Positions 9,318 through 19,695 of a stretch of 64,000 bases of DNA are shown here, one piece after another; the stretch's first letter is position 1; each line of letters begins with the position of its first letter. Both the position numbers and the translations under genes were made by a program. The stretch covers positions 576,001-640,000 of the forward strand of contig JALSOH010000004.1 in assembly GCA_026986575.1 (NCBI GenBank). The letters are read 5' to 3'. The notes beneath the pieces were generated by a model. It was given only the letters and a program-made list of their open reading frames with translations. It was not told the DNA's origin and searched no databases. The DNA comes from Thermoproteota archaeon (lineage in GTDB: Archaea > Korarchaeota > Korarchaeia > Korarchaeales > Korarchaeaceae).

Positions 9318-9919
9318 TTACCGATCACCTCCACCCGGCTGACGATGAACCCGGTAGCTACTCCTTCCACCAACCCTAGAATGAGGTGCCAAGTCCCCAT
9401 GACGGGAACGGTCACGCTTAGCGGATAGCCGAACTGTGGGGAGAGCCCTATCTCCACTCCACAGACGACAGCAGCTGCGGCTATGGCCAACCAGCCTGCG
9501 AGGAAACCGGCTACGAATTTCTTCCCACCCGACATGCGCATCACCAGCTTGTAAATGAGGTAGCCTATGAACACGTCCACCACGGCCATGTTGAACGCGT
9601 TAGCGCCCAGAGCGGTGATCCCTCCATCACCCATAAGGACGCATTGGACAAGCAGGTTCATGAACATGGCCAAGCATCCACCGAATGGGCCCAATATAAC
9701 GCCAGCAAGAGCTCCTCCCACCAAATGCGCGGAGGTTCCTCCGGGTATCGGCCAGTTCAGCATCTGGGCAGCGAAGATGCCTGCCGCCATCACCGATAAG
9801 TAGTAGATGTCGCCTCCCTCCCTGAAATATCTCCTTCCCGAGTATGCAACCACGATTAGGGAGATGATGTAGAGGGACAGGGCTACTAGGGGGCTCAAGA
9901 ATCCGTCGGGTATGTGCAC
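9314..9919 (-). CDS. cbiM: ECF Ni/Co substrate component (NikM/CbiM)
   Basis: MHIPDG metal-binding N-terminus, GGTSAHLVG, GDGGITALGAN. Confidence 0.93.
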   Translation of the reverse strand: MHIPDGFLSPLVALSLYIISLIVVAYSGRRYFREGGDIYYLSVMAAGIFAAQMLNWPIPGGTSAHLVGGALAGVILGPFGGCLAMFMNLLVQCVLMGDGGITALGANAFNMAVVDVFIGYLIYKLVMRMSGGKKFVAGFLAGWLAIAAAAVVCGVEIGLSPQFGYPLSVTVPVMGTWHLILGLVEGVATGFIVSRVEVIGK

Positions 9920-9955
9920 GGCGCATCCCCCGTGCAGCTACAAGGATTACTCATA

Positions 9956-9986
9956 AGTATTACTAAACATGCGTTATAGTGTTACT
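9956..9986. promoter_or_regulatory. Candidate NikR-like operator upstream of nikM
   Basis: AGTATTACT-N13-AGTGTTACT pseudo-palindrome in the hypD-nikM gap. Confidence 0.45.
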
Positions 9987-11138
9987 TTAAGATCGCGAGA
10001 ACTCTTCCCTGAGCCCCCTAAGCAGCTCATCACCACCGTACTTGGCCCATATGAGGCACGTACCCTCAGAAGAGACCATGCAGGGACCATAAGGCCTCTC
10101 AGGCGTACATATTTTTTTGAAGAGGGGACAATCAGTGGGTTTGGCCATGCCTAGGGTGACCTCCGCACACCTGCACCCGGGTGGGAGGTCCTCCATCCAC
10201 CTCTCCTCAGATAGCTCTGGTATACCGTACTTGAGTAGAGCATCGTACCTCGTGTAACCATCCTTCAATCGGAGGCCGCTCTCGGGAACGAAGCCTATCC
10301 CCCTCCATCCCGCATCGACCACCTTGCAGGTGGTTCTCATGACCTCCTTAGCCCTCAGGTTCCCCTCCCACCTGACCACCCTGGAGTACTCGTTGACCAA
10401 CTCGGCGCGATCGTCTCTTATCTGCCTCAATATTTCCAGTATAGAGAGAAGCACGTCCACTGGCTCAAAACCTGACACTACAACCGGAATTCCGTAGTCC
10501 TTGGCCACGAACTCCCACTCAGATGCACCAGTTATGGCCGAAACATGCCCGGGAGCTATTATTCCTCTTATTGGCGATTGAGGATAGTTATCTAGGACGT
10601 ACCTAGTTATGGGAGGAGTCAGCCTGTGGACGATGATGAAGCCTAGGTTATCGGGGACATCCCCTCTGTGAATGGGGCCTAACGTAGCAGGAGCTGTGGT
10701 CTCGAAACCAACGGCGAGGAAAATGGATTCCTTATCGTCTGCAGACAGCTTTATTGCATCGATCACACTGTAAACTATTTTAACGTCGGCTCCCTCCGAT
10801 TTAGCCTCCTCCAAGTTCTTAGGGGCGCCTTTGGAGCTTCCCGGTAATCTATATACGTCTCCGAATGTGAAAACCCTCATCCCTTCCATGGCAAACTTGA
10901 CGGCGATGTCTACATAGTATCCCGGTGTGATGCAGACCGGACACCCAGGACCCGCGACGAGCTCGACGTTCTCGGGCATCAGGGACCTTATGCCGTAATG
11001 GGTAATGGTCCACTCGTGAGTCCCGCAGAAGTCCATTATCTTGACATGATCGTCCAGCTCTCTAGCTATCTTGGAAATCTCACCCACGATCAATTGGGAG
11101 ATCTTGGGATCTCTATAGGGACTGGAGACCTCCATCAT
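9987..11138 (-). CDS. hypD: Hydrogenase maturation protein HypD
   Basis: CGTHE, GPGCPVC, GFETT, PGHVS, GPCMVSSEGTC. Confidence 0.97.
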   Translation of the reverse strand: MMEVSSPYRDPKISQLIVGEISKIARELDDHVKIMDFCGTHEWTITHYGIRSLMPENVELVAGPGCPVCITPGYYVDIAVKFAMEGMRVFTFGDVYRLPGSSKGAPKNLEEAKSEGADVKIVYSVIDAIKLSADDKESIFLAVGFETTAPATLGPIHRGDVPDNLGFIIVHRLTPPITRYVLDNYPQSPIRGIIAPGHVSAITGASEWEFVAKDYGIPVVVSGFEPVDVLLSILEILRQIRDDRAELVNEYSRVVRWEGNLRAKEVMRTTCKVVDAGWRGIGFVPESGLRLKDGYTRYDALLKYGIPELSEERWMEDLPPGCRCAEVTLGMAKPTDCPLFKKICTPERPYGPCMVSSEGTCLIWAKYGGDELLRGLREEFSRS

Positions 11139-13444
11139 CCATCACCCAATTGAGCCGCGACCTGACCCAAAGCGATTCCACCATCGCCTGGAGGTACCTT
11201 AGAGTTCAGAACGAGTTGAACGCCTTCCCTACCCAGTGCATCCTCCATACCCCTGATCAGCAGGGTGTTGACTGCTGCCCCTCCAGATACCATCAAGAAC
11301 TCGGAATTAACCCCATTCAGGGCTCTGAGGGCAACCTCGCCTAAGGCCCTTCCAAGCAGGTAAATCGATGTATACGCCAGATCCCTCTTACTCCCATCCT
11401 CGTTGTAAAGGATCTGCTTCAGGAGCTCGCTGGTGTCCACCACACCTCCCTCCACTGGAATATCTAAGTCTTGGATGAGGGATCCTTTCTCAGCGAAGGC
11501 CTCGAGTTTCATGGCCGGTTCTCCCTCATAAGTCCTCTCAAAGCAAACTCCAAGCAGAGCCGACACAGAATCTAGGACCCTCCCGACGCTCGATATGAGA
11601 GGAGCCTTGGAACATTGTCTCAGAGCCAACTCGGCCTCCACCTCTCCCCCAGGAAGCTTATCCATTAAGTGTCGCTCCCTCAAGACCTCCCGTATCTCCG
11701 ACTCCGAGAGAAAAGTGCTCAGCATTCCTATCAGCATCCTGACTGGGTACTTGGAAGCCCTGTCCCCTCCGGGCATGGGCTGAGGTCTGAGATGCCCGAA
11801 CCTCTCATATCCTTCATAACTCGCGACGAGAACCTCTCCTCCCCAAAGCGAACCGTCATCCCCGTAACCCAGCCCATCGATCGCTACCCCCACGACCTCC
11901 TCGCCGGGCCTGACCCTCATCTCAGACATCACCGAGGTTACATGGGCGTGATGGTGCTGCACGAGCTTGAGCTCCGATCCGTACAGGTCAGCCCATCTCT
12001 CAGCCAACTTCCTCGTTGAGTAGCTGGGGTGCATGTCCGCTACCAGTATCGCCTCCCTAGGATCGATCCCGTAGATTCCCATGAAGAACCTGAGCATCCT
12101 CTCTAGGAACTCTAGGTTCTCCAGCTCATCGGTATCCCCTATGTACTGGGTGAGTACGACCTTATCGGAGAATCCAACGGCACCGCTAGTCTGCAATTCG
12201 GCCCCGAACGCTATGACGGGCCGATCTAGCTGAGAAGGAAGCCTTATCCAGGCGGGAGCGTACCCCCTTCCCCTCCTCAACATGGTTACTCTGTCGGCCG
12301 TGAACCTGACGACGCTATCGTCCACCCTGTTGACTATGCGCCTGTTATGATGCAGGAAGTAATCAGCTATGTCCTTCAGCCGCTCCCTAGCGCATTCGAT
12401 AGTAGTGCACATCGGTTTATTGTGCTCGTTACCGCTCGTCATCACCAAGATCTTGTCTCTCGTGCTATTGAGCAGCATGTGGTGTAAAGGCGTATAGGGA
12501 AGCATCACTCCCACTGTTCCCAGCCCGGGAGCTACTAGTTCCGAGATGGAACTCCCTTCCCTCTTGGGAACCAGTAGGATAGGCCTCTCTGGACTCGTGA
12601 GAACGCTCTCAGCAACCTGATCTAGGTAAAAGTGTGAGTGGGCAACATTCAGGTCGAGAGCCATGAGGGCGAAGGGCTTCTCCCTCCTCCTCTTCCTCCT
12701 TCTAAGTTCTGAAATAGTATCGTCATCCGTGGCCAGGCAAGCGATGTGATAACCTCCCAATCCCTTTATCGCAACTATCCCTCCTTCATCTATGATCTTG
12801 GCAGCCTCCTCTATAGGATCTTCCGCACCTATCCTCCTCCCCTCAGCATCCTCAAGCCAGAGAGTCGGACCGCATTGCGGGCAGGAGATCCCCTGCGCGT
12901 GGAACCTCCTCAGGTTGGAGGGATCCTCGTACTCCTTCCTACAGTCATCACATAGTGGGAAGTCGACCATGGCAGTATTAAGCCTATCATAGGGTACATC
13001 TGCCATCATGGAGAACCTAGGACCACACCAAGCGCAGCTGTTGAAGGCATATTTGTAGTGCCTGTCTCTGGGATCGTATACTTCTCTCAAGCAATGATCG
13101 CATACAGCTATATCTGGAGGTACCATTGAGTAGATGTGCCTCTCTCCCCCACTCGGAAGTATGCTAAAATCTGAGTACCCAGTGGGAGGGATCACCTTGA
13201 ACTCCAGCTCCTCTATCTTGGCAGGAGGTGGTTTTTCGATGAATACTAGTCTGAGAAAGTCAGCAATGCTCTCATAACTGCCCTCAACGAAAATCTCTAC
13301 CTCACTCCCCCCCATATTTCTTATATGACCTCTCAACCCTGTTTTAGTTGCAATTCTGTATATAAAAGGCCTGAAACCGACTCCTTGGACTATACCACTC
13401 ACCCTGAGCATTGCAGCGATCTGTGAGCCTTTCGAATGCACCAA
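11135..13444 (-). CDS. hypF: Carbamoyltransferase HypF
   Basis: GIVQGVGFRPF, two zinc fingers, KGLGGYH, QHHHAH, DGLGYGDDG, PPGDGGIALGQ. Confidence 0.97.
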   Translation of the reverse strand: MVHSKGSQIAAMLRVSGIVQGVGFRPFIYRIATKTGLRGHIRNMGGSEVEIFVEGSYESIADFLRLVFIEKPPPAKIEELEFKVIPPTGYSDFSILPSGGERHIYSMVPPDIAVCDHCLREVYDPRDRHYKYAFNSCAWCGPRFSMMADVPYDRLNTAMVDFPLCDDCRKEYEDPSNLRRFHAQGISCPQCGPTLWLEDAEGRRIGAEDPIEEAAKIIDEGGIVAIKGLGGYHIACLATDDDTISELRRRKRRREKPFALMALDLNVAHSHFYLDQVAESVLTSPERPILLVPKREGSSISELVAPGLGTVGVMLPYTPLHHMLLNSTRDKILVMTSGNEHNKPMCTTIECARERLKDIADYFLHHNRRIVNRVDDSVVRFTADRVTMLRRGRGYAPAWIRLPSQLDRPVIAFGAELQTSGAVGFSDKVVLTQYIGDTDELENLEFLERMLRFFMGIYGIDPREAILVADMHPSYSTRKLAERWADLYGSELKLVQHHHAHVTSVMSEMRVRPGEEVVGVAIDGLGYGDDGSLWGGEVLVASYEGYERFGHLRPQPMPGGDRASKYPVRMLIGMLSTFLSESEIREVLRERHLMDKLPGGEVEAELALRQCSKAPLISSVGRVLDSVSALLGVCFERTYEGEPAMKLEAFAEKGSLIQDLDIPVEGGVVDTSELLKQILYNEDGSKRDLAYTSIYLLGRALGEVALRALNGVNSEFLMVSGGAAVNTLLIRGMEDALGREGVQLVLNSKVPPGDGGIALGQVAAQLGDG

Positions 13445-13784
13445 GGAGGTAATCCCCGTTGGAACATATTAAAAGGGACGATGGCTTCCTCACAAGATCA
13501 CTTTCACAAATATTTAGATAAATAACGGTGAAATATCTTAGGTAATCTTGAGGTATGTTGCCGTTATATATTATATCAAAATTTTTGATTTTTATAATTT
13601 TTAATTTACAGCCCCTGCGAAGCATGAAAATACGTAATTAAAACGCCCCATTTCTCCCAACTATCCTTGGGCATCCCTTAATACAATCATATTTCCAAAC
13701 TTACAGCTGAACATTCAACTAAATTTATAGGTATACCAGCTCACTACTACAGTGGCGCACATGTACATGTGAGGTGTTTTTGGG

Positions 13785-15038
13785 ATGAAGCGTCGAAAGG
13801 GGAGTTCACTAGCCTCGATCACCCTTACTAGAAGGGACTTCCTGAAGCTCTCTGCAGCTGCCTCATTACTTTTGTCGGACTTTCAGAAGCTCCAAAAGGC
13901 GGCTGCTGAAACGCTTAAGCAGGGTTCAGTTAATCTAATTTGGTTTGAGTCCCAAGACTGCGCCGGGAACACTATCTCTATGATAGAGGGTAGCGCCCCA
14001 GACCTAATACAGATATTGGTGGGGGAGAATCCAGTAATAGGCCCAGGAAAGGTCAGGGTCATATTCCACGAGACAATAATGCCAGAGTGGGGAGAAGCAG
14101 CAATTGAGTACCTACACAAAGCTGAAGCTGGAGAACTCGATCCTTATGTTCTAGTTTTAGAGGGTTCCTTCCCCAATGAAGATGCCGCCGCAAAGACCGG
14201 TGGATGGTGGTTCATCCTTGGAGAAGAGGACGGCCGACCCGTCACAGGGAATGAGTGGGTTAGACGTCTCCTCAAGAGGGCCGTAGCCGTGGTTGCGGTT
14301 GGTAACTGTGCATGCTACGGCGGCATTGTTGCAAGTCAAGTACTAGATCAAGCTGGCTACTCTGCTGATGGATGGAGCCCAACCGGTGCCTTTGGATTCT
14401 TTGACGACCCGTTAAAAGGAATAAAGGGTGTAGTGAGTAGATGGCCTGAGGCCAAACCATTCTTGAACTTCATACAAGGGAAGGGTAAACTCGAAGTATC
14501 ACCAACTGGGGAGGCCAGACCTGCCATTGCCATACCAGGATGCCCAGCAAATGGTAATGCCATACTGAGGGTATTAGGGCACCTAATTCTCGCAGTTGAC
14601 GGCCTACTTCCTTTACCTGAGTTAGATGAATACTGGAGACCAGTGTATATTTTCGGAAGGACCACTCACGAGCAGTGCCCGAGAGCAGGATTTTATGCCG
14701 CCGGAGACTTTAGAGAGGATCCTGGGGACAATGATTTCAAGTGTCTCTTCCAAGTAGGGTGCAAGGGACCAGTTAGCAACTGTCCGTGGAACAGAGTAGG
14801 TTGGATAGATGGTATAGGTGGTCCTACAAGGACCGGAGGTGTCTGCATTGGATGCACCATGCCTGGCTTTCCCGACAAGTTTGAACCCTTCTACAAACCG
14901 CTCCAGGCACCTTCCATGCCGGATACCGCGACCCTAGCTGGTATAACTGCAGGAGCAGCTGCAGTGGGACTTGCTGCCGGTTATGTAATGAGCGAGCCGG
15001 CTAGAAGGGGTGAGAAGAGAGAAAAGGTAGAGGGGTGA
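13785..15038 (+). CDS. hynS: Membrane-bound [NiFe] hydrogenase small subunit (group 1g-like), Tat signal and C-terminal anchor
   Basis: TRRDFLK, DCAGNT, GNCACYGG, IPGCP, HEQCPR, CLFQVGCKGP, CIGC, C-terminal TM helix. Confidence 0.92.
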   Translation: MKRRKGSSLASITLTRRDFLKLSAAASLLLSDFQKLQKAAAETLKQGSVNLIWFESQDCAGNTISMIEGSAPDLIQILVGENPVIGPGKVRVIFHETIMPEWGEAAIEYLHKAEAGELDPYVLVLEGSFPNEDAAAKTGGWWFILGEEDGRPVTGNEWVRRLLKRAVAVVAVGNCACYGGIVASQVLDQAGYSADGWSPTGAFGFFDDPLKGIKGVVSRWPEAKPFLNFIQGKGKLEVSPTGEARPAIAIPGCPANGNAILRVLGHLILAVDGLLPLPELDEYWRPVYIFGRTTHEQCPRAGFYAAGDFREDPGDNDFKCLFQVGCKGPVSNCPWNRVGWIDGIGGPTRTGGVCIGCTMPGFPDKFEPFYKPLQAPSMPDTATLAGITAGAAAVGLAAGYVMSEPARRGEKREKVEG

Positions 15039-15042
15039 TTGT

Positions 15043-16812
15043 ATGGGAGAGAGAACGATATTCATAGATCCTATTACTAGGATTGAAGGCCATTTAGGTT
15101 TGAACGCAATTGTCGACACAAATACTAAGGTAGTGAAGGAAGCTTGGGCCTTCTCCGCCATGTTCAGGGGATTCGAGGTTTTCTTAAGGGGCAGAGAACC
15201 ACCAGACGCCATCCACCTTACCAGTAGGATATGTGGGGTCTGCGCGGCATCCCATGCGAACGCTTCGGTTAGGGCTAATGACATGGCATTGGGCGCGGTA
15301 CCCAAGCCTTTCGGAGTTGTGATTAGGAACCTAGCATGGGCAGCTACCGATCACATATACGACCATCCGACTCACCTCAGCATACTGGCTGGTCCCGACT
15401 ACAGCGGGGTGGTAGTTTCTAAGCTGACGCCTTCCGTATATGAAGAGGCCAAGGTCACGAAAGCCGAGAACTCCGATGTTCATGGTTTCTCTACGATAGC
15501 CGATCTACTGGACGGTTTGAATCCTCTTCAAGGGAAGATCTACATGTTAGCTCTAAAGATGCAGAGAATCGCCAGACATGCCGGTGTCCTATTCTATGGA
15601 ACTCATCCACATCCGAGAACCCTCATTCCCGGAGGTATAGGAGCTACTGTGACTACTGAGAACCTAATTGAGTATTCCTACCGCCTCACTAAGTTGACTG
15701 CTTGGGTTAAGATGGTTGTCGCCGTCTGGGAGGATATAGCCAATTTCTTCAACTCTATAGGTTATGAGAAGCAGGGAATGACCTATGAGAAGCCTAATTT
15801 ACTCAGTGTGGGTACGTTCGAGGATCCCGAGGCCTATTCATCGCTGGGAGAGAGTCCAGATGAAATATACGCGAACATAAATGAAGCCGGAAGGAAGAGA
15901 TTCATAAAACCAGGCCTCATACTCGAAGGCGAACTAGTCACGGATAAGCTGACCGACATGAACTTGGGCACGATCGAGCTGGTTGACAGGGGCTTCTACA
16001 AGGACTGGGACACGACCTTCGTGGACAAGGATCCGGTGGGCAATCCCGTAGTTTGGGGTAACGCCGAACTGGCGAAGTACCACCCGTGGAACAAGACCAC
16101 GATCCCCAACCCACAGGCTCAGGACTGGCAGTCCAAATACACTTGGACTGGGACGGTCAGGTTCGTCTGGAAGGGCAAGATATACCCGATAGAGGTCGGT
16201 CCGATTGCTAGGATGTGGGCCCACGCCCTCCACAATGGTGGGAAGGTCAAGATTGAGCTTCCACGCACGAACGGTGTTCTTGAGCTGCCCTCCGGCACTT
16301 GGGACGCGATAACCTTCGAGTGGAACCTTCCGAAGGTGGGCGCTTCCACGACCATAGAGAGGATGAGGGCAAGGGCCTACAATGTCGCCCTTGACGTGGC
16401 CGCGGCATGGCATAACCTCTTGGCAGGTTTAGAACTAGCGAAGGCTGGCAAGACCGAAACCTCAAGGCCTTGGAAGAGGCCATCGTTCTCTGTGGCTTTC
16501 GGATTCGACGAGGCGCCGAGGGGAAGTGTGAGGCATTGGATGGTCGTGGAGAACTATAGGATAAAGAACTATCAAGTACATGCCCCGACAACGGCAAACC
16601 TCTCGCCTAAGGGCAGGTGGGGCAAGACTGGTCCATACGAAGAGTCGGTTATTGGAACAGCCATAACAGAGGAGGTGCCTGAGGACCAGTGGACTGGGCT
16701 CGACCTAGTCAGAGCAATAAGGAGTTTCGATCCGTGTATAGCCTGTTCAGTACATGTCTTCATCGGAAACAGGAGGATAGAGAAACTCATTACCCCCGTC
16801 TGTAGCGTATGA
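15043..16812 (+). CDS. hynL: [NiFe] hydrogenase large subunit
   Basis: DPITRIEGH, RICGVC, EAPRG, DPCIACSVH followed by a cleavable C-terminal tail. Confidence 0.96.
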   Translation: MGERTIFIDPITRIEGHLGLNAIVDTNTKVVKEAWAFSAMFRGFEVFLRGREPPDAIHLTSRICGVCAASHANASVRANDMALGAVPKPFGVVIRNLAWAATDHIYDHPTHLSILAGPDYSGVVVSKLTPSVYEEAKVTKAENSDVHGFSTIADLLDGLNPLQGKIYMLALKMQRIARHAGVLFYGTHPHPRTLIPGGIGATVTTENLIEYSYRLTKLTAWVKMVVAVWEDIANFFNSIGYEKQGMTYEKPNLLSVGTFEDPEAYSSLGESPDEIYANINEAGRKRFIKPGLILEGELVTDKLTDMNLGTIELVDRGFYKDWDTTFVDKDPVGNPVVWGNAELAKYHPWNKTTIPNPQAQDWQSKYTWTGTVRFVWKGKIYPIEVGPIARMWAHALHNGGKVKIELPRTNGVLELPSGTWDAITFEWNLPKVGASTTIERMRARAYNVALDVAAAWHNLLAGLELAKAGKTETSRPWKRPSFSVAFGFDEAPRGSVRHWMVVENYRIKNYQVHAPTTANLSPKGRWGKTGPYEESVIGTAITEEVPEDQWTGLDLVRAIRSFDPCIACSVHVFIGNRRIEKLITPVCSV

Positions 16813-16822
16813 GGGGGTTAAA

Positions 16823-17611
16823 ATGGGGCTATATGAGTTCGCCATCTACGACATGTTCACGCCAACAATAGCTATATTTGCGTTTGGCATGGTCTATAGG
16901 CTGTCAAGGTACCTCTTCCTATATAAGAGGACCGCCCAACCAGTTTGGAGGAGAACCTCCTTCGTGCACAGGATATACATACTAATCGACGCGTTCCTCC
17001 ATGCAATCGTAGCCGCAATAAAAAGGTCCAAAGTGACCTTCGTAACCGGGATATTCCTCCTACACCTCTTCGGGGTCATCCCTATCCTCTTCCTCCTATC
17101 TCACCACATAGCTTGGTGGTCATATTACTTCCCGCCATATAGCATACTAAGACCATTCGCTATACCGACAAGCTCAACCTCCTCGACGCTTACGGTCACC
17201 GCGCCATTCACGCCGGTGACTGACATGTCAAATGGCTTTGTTAACACTATATGGGGGCCCTTGACAATAATACTGAATGGAGATGTCTTAGCGATCTTAG
17301 CTATATTTGGTACAACCTTCAAGCTCTTAGAGAGGATAGTGAAGAAAGTGAAGGAGAGGCTCGACAGGATCAGGGTAGGTGACTTTGTCGCGCTTGTACT
17401 ACTCCTCGTGATATTAATCAGTGGGTACCTAGCGACCCATCACCTTCCCTCCAACGAAATAGAGACCTATAAGCTCATGCTGGGCATCCACATACTCATG
17501 GCCGAGCTGCTTGTAATTCTGTTGCCATTCACAAAGTTCTTCCACTTCGTATTCGGCTTCTGGTACGGTAAACTTCACGAAGCTTATGACCTGTGGAGGA
17601 GGGGCCTATGA
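16823..17611 (+). CDS. NarI/DsrM-like di-heme cytochrome b (Isp1-like)
   Basis: TM helices with His pairs, HILMAE..LPFTKFFH. Confidence 0.8.
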   Translation: MGLYEFAIYDMFTPTIAIFAFGMVYRLSRYLFLYKRTAQPVWRRTSFVHRIYILIDAFLHAIVAAIKRSKVTFVTGIFLLHLFGVIPILFLLSHHIAWWSYYFPPYSILRPFAIPTSSTSSTLTVTAPFTPVTDMSNGFVNTIWGPLTIILNGDVLAILAIFGTTFKLLERIVKKVKERLDRIRVGDFVALVLLLVILISGYLATHHLPSNEIETYKLMLGIHILMAELLVILLPFTKFFHFVFGFWYGKLHEAYDLWRRGL

Positions 17612-18945
17612 TCGCTGTTGAGAAGGCAATAGATGTGGTACTCTCCGATCTTGATTCTGTAACCCTACATTTCCTCGAGTCCTGTGTTTCCTGCGGTCTC
17701 TGCGTACCTTTCTGCCCTTACACGGTAGCTGGACCAACCTACGAGCCAGTTAACAAGGCTGAGGCCATGAGACACATTTATAGGAGGAAAATGACCATAG
17801 CTGGCAGAATACTGGGTCCCTTGGTTGGAGCAAAGTACCCGAGAAGCGAGGAGGACCTAGACAGAATGACTAATATGGCTTATAGGTGTGTAAACTGTAG
17901 ATACTGTTACCAGACTTGTCCGTTCGGAATATATAGCGGTAAACTTGTGATAATGCTCAGGCGAATACTGGACAAGGTCGGTAGGGCTCCTTCGGTCCTG
18001 AAATACCTCCAGACCATCGAGCTCTCGGACAGCGTCCTCATCAATGAAAGTGTCAGGGAGAGATGGGCGAGTATACTGGATGAGGCGAGGAAATCCATAG
18101 GCAAAGATCTGCCTCTGGATAAGAAGGGAGCCGACGTGGTCTATCTTCCTTGGCTCGTAGAGGCATTACTCACACCTGAAGTCATAGTCTCCACGATAAA
18201 GATCTTGGACATGGTCGGCGAGAACTGGACTATGCCCTCCGAGCCCCTCGGATTCGAACCCCCGATGGGCGTGATCGTAGGGGATAGGGATTCTGAGAGG
18301 AAGGTCTTCAGGAGGATCAACTCCTACTTGGCGAAAGTGGGTGGGAAGAGGGCGCTCATGTCTCACGGAGGGACGCCGTACATGGAAATGAGGTTTGAAA
18401 TGCCCTTTGTGATGAACGAGAGACCCCCCTACGATGTGATCCACGTGACCGAGTATCTGGCGGAACTGTACGAGAAGGGAAAGATCAGGATAAGGAAGGA
18501 GGAGAGTGGAAAAGTGACGTGGCACGATCCATGCAAGCTGGCCAGAGGAAGCGGTGTAGTGGAGCAGCCTAGGATCTTGGTCAAGGCGTCCACCACTAAC
18601 TACGAGGACCTACCCCATGGCACGGGAATGTACTCCCATTGCTGTGGGGGTGGCTCCGGCATCGCCCTCATAACCTGCGATGGTAGGAAGCTGGTGGAGG
18701 AGTTCACAAGAGAGAAGATAAAACCTGCCGAATGGGAGGAGAAGATCTGCCCTCCACTCGAGGAGGACTACAAGAAGGCCATAAAGCAGAAGATAGATGA
18801 GATCTCCGAGATAAACGCCAACATTGTGGTTACCGGATGCTCGACCTGCATTTACAACATAAACAAAGGGGCGACCCTTTACGACAGGGACTTCCAGGCC
18901 ATTCACATCGTTCAGTACCTCTTGGACAAGATTGAGGTAACCTAA
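17608..18945 (+). CDS. HdrD/DsrK-like Fe-S oxidoreductase (Isp2-like)
   Basis: CVSCGLC...CP and CVNCRYC...CP; WHDPC, CCGGG, GCSTC CCG domain. Confidence 0.87.
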   Translation: MIAVEKAIDVVLSDLDSVTLHFLESCVSCGLCVPFCPYTVAGPTYEPVNKAEAMRHIYRRKMTIAGRILGPLVGAKYPRSEEDLDRMTNMAYRCVNCRYCYQTCPFGIYSGKLVIMLRRILDKVGRAPSVLKYLQTIELSDSVLINESVRERWASILDEARKSIGKDLPLDKKGADVVYLPWLVEALLTPEVIVSTIKILDMVGENWTMPSEPLGFEPPMGVIVGDRDSERKVFRRINSYLAKVGGKRALMSHGGTPYMEMRFEMPFVMNERPPYDVIHVTEYLAELYEKGKIRIRKEESGKVTWHDPCKLARGSGVVEQPRILVKASTTNYEDLPHGTGMYSHCCGGGSGIALITCDGRKLVEEFTREKIKPAEWEEKICPPLEEDYKKAIKQKIDEISEINANIVVTGCSTCIYNINKGATLYDRDFQAIHIVQYLLDKIEVT

Positions 18946-18963
18946 ACCTCCTCCCCTATTTTA

Positions 18964-19695
18964 GTGATCCGCATGGATCTAAAGGATCTGACAAGGTTCT
19001 TGGGAAGACTGGCAGGGCAGGTGAATGAGCTGGAAGAATCGGTAAAGCAAGGTCTCATGAGGAGGCTGGGGATCGATAAACTCCTCCTCTACAACATGCC
19101 AAATGCCGAGAGGGAGGACGTTAATGAATTGGAGGAGGAGGTCAAGAGGGCTCTGGGTGGAGAATCACTGGAAGAGGCTATAAGAAATGCCCTCAGCGCG
19201 GAGAAGAGACGCAGGGTCAGAATGGGCGGGAGAAGGCTGGCGATCATCTTCTCGGGCGGCGAGTTTGAGGGCGATAGGTCGATACCCTTGGCAATAATGG
19301 AGAGGATTGAGGTGAAGGGAAATGCCAGGAAATTCGACGCGAGTTCCTACCCCTTGGCTACCCTTCAAGAGGTCGTGGAGTTCGATCCTGATGTGGTGGT
19401 TATAGTCTCAGTCGAGCGCGGTGAGGGGATGTCTCTCGTGACGGAGCGCATAGACTTAGAGGCCCCGGCAGATAACTTGAAAGCCAGTGACATGATTGCC
19501 CCTCCCCTGCTGGGGGTCAACGATCCCGATTCTCTTGCCTCTGCTCTCGTCGCGATGATGGGAGCTAGGGAAGTCTGGAAGATCGTGTGCCACTCACCTC
19601 ACATGGAGGGGGATGGCGTCTCGGGAGTGGGCAGGAAGTGCTCAGAGGATCTGCAGAGGAGTCTGGAGAAGCTAATAAGGGAGCTAGGATTCTGA
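18964..19695 (+). CDS. Hypothetical protein: helical N-terminus plus degenerate hydrogenase-protease-like domain
   Basis: RLAIIFSGGEFEGDRS echoes ILGIGNxLxxDDG; DVVVIVS; GDGVSGVG. Confidence 0.55.
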   Translation: MIRMDLKDLTRFLGRLAGQVNELEESVKQGLMRRLGIDKLLLYNMPNAEREDVNELEEEVKRALGGESLEEAIRNALSAEKRRRVRMGGRRLAIIFSGGEFEGDRSIPLAIMERIEVKGNARKFDASSYPLATLQEVVEFDPDVVVIVSVERGEGMSLVTERIDLEAPADNLKASDMIAPPLLGVNDPDSLASALVAMMGAREVWKIVCHSPHMEGDGVSGVGRKCSEDLQRSLEKLIRELGF

